In this document: one piece after another, positions 59,633 through 64,000 of the stretch | How the letters are laid out: each line of letters opens with the position of its first letter | Numbering within the stretch: position 1 is the stretch's first letter | Source: an uncultured Clostridia bacterium | GTDB taxonomy: Bacteria > Bacillota > Clostridia > Christensenellales > Borkfalkiaceae | Length of the DNA stretch: 64,000 nt | NCBI GenBank assembly: GCA_944368215.1 | Contig: CALVWX010000005.1 | Location: forward strand, 32,481 to 96,480 | Direction: 5' to 3' | Translations under genes and position numbers: made by a program | The notes under the pieces: generated by a model | Database searches by the model: none | Seen by the model: the letters and a program-made list of their open reading frames with translations, nothing else | What the model was told of the DNA's origin: nothing

Positions 59633-59744
59633 GTCATACTGAGCGGAGTATCCGCAGGGTACGCAGTCGAATGTATCTTGCATTGAGAAAAATCAGGCAA
59701 GATCTTTCGACTTCACTCACTGCGTTCGTTGCGCTCAAGATGAC
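59633..59744. repeat. Family A palindromic MITE-like repeat, full copy, in the pyrC-pyrF gap
   Basis: GTCATACTGAGCGGAGTATCCGCAGGGTACGCAGTCGAATGTATCTTGC-loop-GCAAGATCTTTCGACTTCACTCACTGCGTTCGTTGCGCTCAAGATGAC. Confidence 0.85.
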
Positions 59745-59794
59745 AAAGAGTGCACCCCTAATCCCTGAAATCAAAATCAATCTAAGGTATTATT

Positions 59795-60709
59795 ATGATA
59801 GACAGATTAATTGACAGAATCATTGAACTTCAAAATCCCACCTGCGTCGGCCTCGACACAGATTTTTCCTATCTCCCCGAAGAGCTCCGCGAAGGCATAG
59901 CCACCTTCGAAGGCGTAGCCGAAGGGCTGATAGAATTCAACATGAACATCATCGACAAGGTGTGCGACATTGTCCCCGCAGTCAAAGTTCAGGTTGCCTA
60001 CTATGAACAGTACGGCTATGAAGGCCTGCGCGCCTTCGACTACACCGTCAACTACGCCGCAGGCCGCGGCATGTTCGTCATTGCCGATTGCAAGCGCAAC
60101 GACATAGGCTCCACGGCTTCCTGCTATTCCAAGGCCTACCTCGGCGTGACGGATATCAACGGCAAAAAAATAAAGGCCTTCCCCGCCGACATGCTTACGG
60201 TCAACGGCTACCTCGGCACGGACGGCATCGCGCCCTTTATCGAAGATTGCAAAAAGAACGACAAGGGCATCTTCGTCCTCGTAAAAACTTCCAACCCTTC
60301 GTCGGGCGAACTTCAGAACTTAAAGCTCGAAGACGGCAAATGCATCTACGAGCATATGGGTAAGCTCGTTCAGGAGTGGGGCAAGGACACGATAGGCAAG
60401 TACGGCTATTCCGATGTCGGCGCCGTCGTCGGCGCAACCCATCCCGAGGAAGCGGCAAATTTACGCGCCCAACTTAAAAACACATTCTTCCTCATTCCCG
60501 GCTACGGCGCTCAGGGCGGCAACGCGCAGATGCTCAAATGCTGCTTCGACGAACGCGGCCTCGGCGGCATAGTCAACAACTCGCGCGGCATAATCTGCGC
60601 CTATAAAAAGCCCCAGTACAGCGGCATGACGTATGCCGAAGCCGCCCGCGCGGCCTGCATCGACATGCAGCAGGATTTAGAGTCGGCTATAGGTAAAATG
60701 GGCAGATGA
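59795..60709 (+). CDS. pyrF: Orotidine 5'-phosphate decarboxylase (long, type 2)
   Basis: 304 aa. VGLDT, KVQVAYYE, IADCKRNDIG, LIPGYGAQGG. Confidence 0.9.
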   Translation: MIDRLIDRIIELQNPTCVGLDTDFSYLPEELREGIATFEGVAEGLIEFNMNIIDKVCDIVPAVKVQVAYYEQYGYEGLRAFDYTVNYAAGRGMFVIADCKRNDIGSTASCYSKAYLGVTDINGKKIKAFPADMLTVNGYLGTDGIAPFIEDCKKNDKGIFVLVKTSNPSSGELQNLKLEDGKCIYEHMGKLVQEWGKDTIGKYGYSDVGAVVGATHPEEAANLRAQLKNTFFLIPGYGAQGGNAQMLKCCFDERGLGGIVNNSRGIICAYKKPQYSGMTYAEAARAACIDMQQDLESAIGKMGR

Positions 60710-61467
60710 AGGAACTTATCGCAAAAGTAAAACAAAACGGGCAGATAGCCCGCGGCATATACCTGATGACTATCACCCTCCCCGAAGAGGTGCCAGTCAA
60801 AGGCGGCCAGTTTTTAAATATCGCCACGGGCAACCCCGCCAACCTTTTAAAGCGCCCCTTCGGCATAATGAGGAAGGAGGGGAAGGATATAACCTTTTGC
60901 TACCAGCTCAAGGGCGAAGGGACGATATGCCTTTCCAAGGCGCAGGCGGGCAACGAACTCGCCGTAACGCTCCCCCTCGGCAACGGGTTTGACATCCCCG
61001 AAAGCGCTCAAAAAATCGCCGTCGTCGGCGGCGGTGTGGGAATTTTCCCCCTTCTGTCCGTCGAGGAAAGTGTAAAGGGCAAAAAATATTACTCCTACAT
61101 AGGTTTCCGCGGCGCAGAGTACGCCTGCCTTACCGATGATTTCAAGGCGGCGTCCGAGCGGCTGACGGTGGTCACCGATGACGGCAGCATAGGCCAAAAA
61201 ACCAACGCCGTCGCGGCCTTCCTTTCGGAATATCAAGATATAAAGCCCGACCTTATAATCTCCTGCGGCCCGCCCGTAATGCTCCGCGCGCTCAAGGCGC
61301 AGCTTAAGGAAAAGGGCATTTCAACGCCCTGCCTCGTGTCGCTCGAAGAGCGCATGGGATGCGGCATAGGCGCCTGCCTCGTCTGCGTCTGCAAAAAGGC
61401 GGACGGCCAAAACGCGCGCGTCTGCAAGGACGGCCCCGTATTCGACATCAACGAGGTGCAACTGTAA
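60706..61467 (+). CDS. pyrK: Dihydroorotate dehydrogenase B electron-transfer subunit
   Basis: 253 aa with an FAD/NAD-binding fold (RPFGIM, VGGGVGI) and a C-terminal 2Fe-2S cluster (CGIGACLVCVC...VCKDGPVF). Confidence 0.9.
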   Translation: MKELIAKVKQNGQIARGIYLMTITLPEEVPVKGGQFLNIATGNPANLLKRPFGIMRKEGKDITFCYQLKGEGTICLSKAQAGNELAVTLPLGNGFDIPESAQKIAVVGGGVGIFPLLSVEESVKGKKYYSYIGFRGAEYACLTDDFKAASERLTVVTDDGSIGQKTNAVAAFLSEYQDIKPDLIISCGPPVMLRALKAQLKEKGISTPCLVSLEERMGCGIGACLVCVCKKADGQNARVCKDGPVFDINEVQL

Positions 61468-62378
61468 TGGCAAATTTAAAGGTCAATATCTGCGGGGTTG
61501 AATTCAAAAACCCCGTAATAGCCGCCAGCGGCACTTTCGGCTTCGGCAGGGAATTTAACGAAATCTACGATATCTCCTGCATAGGCGGCGTGTCCACCAA
61601 GGGCACCACGATAGAGCCCCGCCTAGGCAATCCCGTGCCGAGAATAGCGGAGGGCTCCTCGGTCATTTTAAACGCCGTCGGCCTCCAGAACCCCGGCGTC
61701 GAACATTTCATAAAGGACGATTTGCAGTTTTTAAAGGATAAAGGCGTCGTTGTCATCGCCAACGTGGCGGGCAACACGCTTGAAGATTATCAGCTCATCT
61801 GCCGCAGACTCAACGGACTTGTGGACATGGTGGAGCTCAATATCTCCTGCCCCAACGTTCACGCGGGCGGCATGGCCCTCGGCATAAAGCCTCAGAACAT
61901 TAAGGAAGTAACATCTCTCACAAAGGCAGAGCTTACAAAAACTCCCTTAATCGTCAAGCTTTCGCCCAATGTAGAGAGCATCCCCGTCAACGCAAGGGCG
62001 GCGGAGGAGGGCGGCGCCGACTGCATTTCGCTCGTCAACACTTTCACTGGCATGGTAATCGACCTTGAAAAGCGCAGGCCTATAATCGCCAATAACACGG
62101 GCGGCGTTTCGGGCGCGGGCATAAAGCCCATAGCCCTCCGAATGGTGTACGAGGCGGCTCACGCCGTAAAAATTCCCGTCATAGGCATGGGCGGCATAGC
62201 CTCGGGGCGCGACGCGCTCGAATTCATGTGTGCCGGCGCAAAGGCGGTGCAGGTTGGCACGGCAAACTTTACGGACGCTTTGGCCATGCCCCGCATAATA
62301 AGCGAAATGAACGACTGGCTCGATTGCCACAACATTTCCGACGTCAAAGAAATAGTCGATACATTAAAATTAAATTAA
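61467..62378 (+). CDS. pyrD: Dihydroorotate dehydrogenase B catalytic subunit
   Basis: ATG at 61467 (MANLKVNICGVEFKNPVIAASGTFG) with ELNISCPN and GGVSG motifs. The upstream 36 aa of the track ORF are an Arg-rich alternate frame of pyrK. Confidence 0.93.
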   Translation: MANLKVNICGVEFKNPVIAASGTFGFGREFNEIYDISCIGGVSTKGTTIEPRLGNPVPRIAEGSSVILNAVGLQNPGVEHFIKDDLQFLKDKGVVVIANVAGNTLEDYQLICRRLNGLVDMVELNISCPNVHAGGMALGIKPQNIKEVTSLTKAELTKTPLIVKLSPNVESIPVNARAAEEGGADCISLVNTFTGMVIDLEKRRPIIANNTGGVSGAGIKPIALRMVYEAAHAVKIPVIGMGGIASGRDALEFMCAGAKAVQVGTANFTDALAMPRIISEMNDWLDCHNISDVKEIVDTLKLN

Positions 62379-62408
62379 AGCTAAATAAATTATGTTTTTA
62401 CCCTCATT

Positions 62409-62560
62409 GTCATCTTGAGCGGAGCTGTGCGGGCAATGCCCGCACAGCGAAGTCGAAAGATCTTGTTCGGTAAAATGCAAAGCAGGATTTTTGCGTAGTG
62501 CGCTCGCCCCATTGTCGGCCGCAAACGCGGCCAGATACGTTCGACTGCGCTCAGTATGAC
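62409..62560. repeat. Family A palindromic MITE-like repeat, full copy, in the pyrD-pyrE gap
   Basis: GTCATCTTGAGCGGAGCTGTGCGGGCAATGCCCGCACAGCGAAGTCGAAAGATCTTG ... CAGATACGTTCGACTGCGCTCAGTATGAC. Confidence 0.8.
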
Positions 62561-62630
62561 AATGGGGGCTTATAATAAAACGGCCTTAAAACTTTGAATA
62601 TTTGTAAGACCAACCCAAGGAGAAAATACA

Positions 62631-63293
62631 ATGTCACTCACCTATAAACAGCAATTCATTAAATTCATGGTGCAAAGCGGCGTGCTTAAGTTCGGCCAAT
62701 TCACTTTAAAAAGCGGCCGTCTCGCGCCCTATTTCATCAACACGGGCAACTACAAAACGGGTTCCCAGCTTTCCAAACTCGGCGAATATTACGCCGCATG
62801 CATAGCCGAACACAAAATCGACGCCCAGACGCTCGTCGGCCCCGCATATAAGGGTATTCCCCTCGCGGTGTCTGCGGCTGTGTCGCTCTGGAATAACCAC
62901 AATATCGACGTAAACTACTGTTTCGACCGTAAGGAAGTTAAGGACCACGGCGAAGGCGGCCTGTTCGTGGGCAAACAGATAGAAGACGGCGAAAAGGTGC
63001 TCATAATCGAGGACGTAATGACGTCCGGCAAGGCCCTGCGCGAAATTCTGCCCAAGCTCGAACAGCAGGCAAAGGTAAACGTTGTCGGCATGGTCATCTC
63101 CGTCGACCGCATGGAAAAAGGCTTAAATTCCGACCTCTCAGCCGTGCAGGAAGTATACCGCGATTTCGGCATAAAGGTGTATTCCATAGTTACCATGCAG
63201 GACATAATCGACGCCATCGAGCAGGGAATTATTGAAGGTAAGGAATACCTTACTGCAATGAAGGAATACCGCGCGCAGTACGGCGTCAACTGA
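62631..63293 (+). CDS. pyrE: Orotate phosphoribosyltransferase
   Basis: 220 aa with FGQFTLKSGRLAPYF and the PRPP motif VLIIEDVMTSGKA. SD AAGGAG. Confidence 0.93.
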   Translation: MSLTYKQQFIKFMVQSGVLKFGQFTLKSGRLAPYFINTGNYKTGSQLSKLGEYYAACIAEHKIDAQTLVGPAYKGIPLAVSAAVSLWNNHNIDVNYCFDRKEVKDHGEGGLFVGKQIEDGEKVLIIEDVMTSGKALREILPKLEQQAKVNVVGMVISVDRMEKGLNSDLSAVQEVYRDFGIKVYSIVTMQDIIDAIEQGIIEGKEYLTAMKEYRAQYGVN

Positions 63294-63310
63294 AATTAAA
63301 TATCAAATGC

Positions 63311-63347
63311 AAAAAAGCAACCGCGGATATGACGCGGTTGCTTTTTT
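63311..63347. terminator. Bidirectional terminator between pyrE and the deacetylase gene
   Basis: AAAAAA-GCAACCGCG-GATATGA-CGCGGTTGC-TTTTTT. Confidence 0.85.
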
Positions 63348-63364
63348 GCATGAAATTTTAAGTT

Positions 63365-64000
63365 TTACAGAGCGCAGAACGCATACCCTTCATTGCGGAA
63401 GTATTCAATCACGCTTTTAAGCGCCTTTGCCGTGGGGGTCTTGCTCGTTCCGTCGTGGCATAAAAGCACAACTTTTGTCTTGCCCGCAGAAGACTTTTTT
63501 GCTTCTTCCAAAAGTTGTTCGGGCGTTGCCCCCGCAATCTCGGCGTCGCGCAAAGATGCGTTCCAGTCAACGTAAGTATACCCGGCCTTTAAAACTGCGG
63601 ACACAAGATTTCCGGCTATGTTATAACTCCCCCCGGGAAATCTGTAAATCGTGCTCCGCTCTCCCGTAACGCTCTCTATAACGTCGTTGCATTTTTCAAT
63701 GTCTTCAAGCAGGGCGGCTGGGGAGGCGTAGATGCTCTTATAGTCGTGCGAATAGCTGTGCACGCCTATCGCGTGCCCTTCGTCGTGCATGCGCTTTAAA
63801 ATTTTCTCGCGGCCATTAACGCTCCTGCCCACGATAAAAAAAGTCGCTTTAACCTTTTCTTGCTTCAGAGTGTCTAAAATGAGCGGCGTTACCCTGTCGC
63901 TCGGCCCGTCGTCAAAGGTAAGATATATTCTGCTCTCCGCGCAGTCGGCATAGCTTATATTAATCGGCGGCCGGTTATACATGGCAAAGTAATGCAAAAG
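63365..64000 (-). CDS. Polysaccharide deacetylase family protein (PdaA/PdaB-like), 5' end probably outside the window
   Basis: NodB motifs LTFDDGP and HSYSH. The frame is still open at nt 64000 and only 27 aa precede TFDDGP from the first in-window Met. Confidence 0.8.
   Translation of the reverse strand, partial: LLHYFAMYNRPPINISYADCAESRIYLTFDDGPSDRVTPLILDTLKQEKVKATFFIVGRSVNGREKILKRMHDEGHAIGVHSYSHDYKSIYASPAALLEDIEKCNDVIESVTGERSTIYRFPGGSYNIAGNLVSAVLKAGYTYVDWNASLRDAEIAGATPEQLLEEAKKSSAGKTKVVLLCHDGTSKTPTAKALKSVIEYFRNEGYAFCAL

Noticed and set aside
1-64000. Prophage, integrative element, IS/transposase, restriction-modification or known defence-system genes
   Set aside because: None of the credible ORFs has integrase, transposase, recombinase, capsid, methylase or nuclease-ATPase defence signatures. 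The window is core genome apart from the small island and the repeats.

Overview
This 64-kb chromosomal window looks like it comes from a spore-forming, moderately GC-rich member of the Clostridia. The evidence is GC-rich third codon positions and Bacillus/Clostridium-type synteny blocks. Most of it is core housekeeping on the + strand: secD(partial)-secF, recJ, relA, MBL hydrolase-hemZ, rpsO-pnp, mrnC-rlmB-sigH-dnaX-ybaB-recR-gpsA, typA, yabP-yabQ-divIC, ppx, two flavoproteins, FMN riboswitch-ribU, tsaE-tsaB-rimI-hydrolase-murF-ddl, icd, a trimeric [FeFe] hydrogenase (hydC-hydB-hydA), a CNNM/CorC transporter, an exonuclease, rsmF, and pyrB-C-F-K-D-E. Minus-strand genes are an alpha/beta hydrolase under a MerR-type divergent promoter, cwlD, ldhA, a 1381-aa surface protein, spoVB and a partial polysaccharide deacetylase. 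I saw no rRNA, tRNA, CRISPR array, transposase, integrase or phage genes. The unusual content falls into five groups. (1) A visibly AT-rich ~1-kb island (13441-14480) sits between pnp and the hydrolase. It holds three perfect TTGACA-17-TATAAT promoters, only tiny ORFs, and a convergent peptide/RNA pair sharing one bidirectional terminator. This type I toxin-antitoxin-like layout is my best candidate for an undescribed small system. (2) At least three families of intergenic repeats are present, including a palindromic MITE-like element with more than 10 copies or fragments, two of them inside the pyr operon. (3) A ~300-nt repeat flanked by a perfect 20-nt direct repeat lies between a consensus promoter and the FMN riboswitch. 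(4) Two proteins are atypical: a very large lipobox + C-terminal TM surface protein, and a MurF-type ligase whose N-terminal domain is replaced by a multi-TM segment. (5) There are several uncharacterised leaders and operators (CorC leader, pyr leader, twin palindromes at a flavoprotein promoter, a SoxR-box-like MerR operator) and a set of apparently leaderless genes. All coordinates of non-ORF features were hand-counted from the printed sequence and may be off by 1-2 nt. No GC values, folds or database searches were computed.
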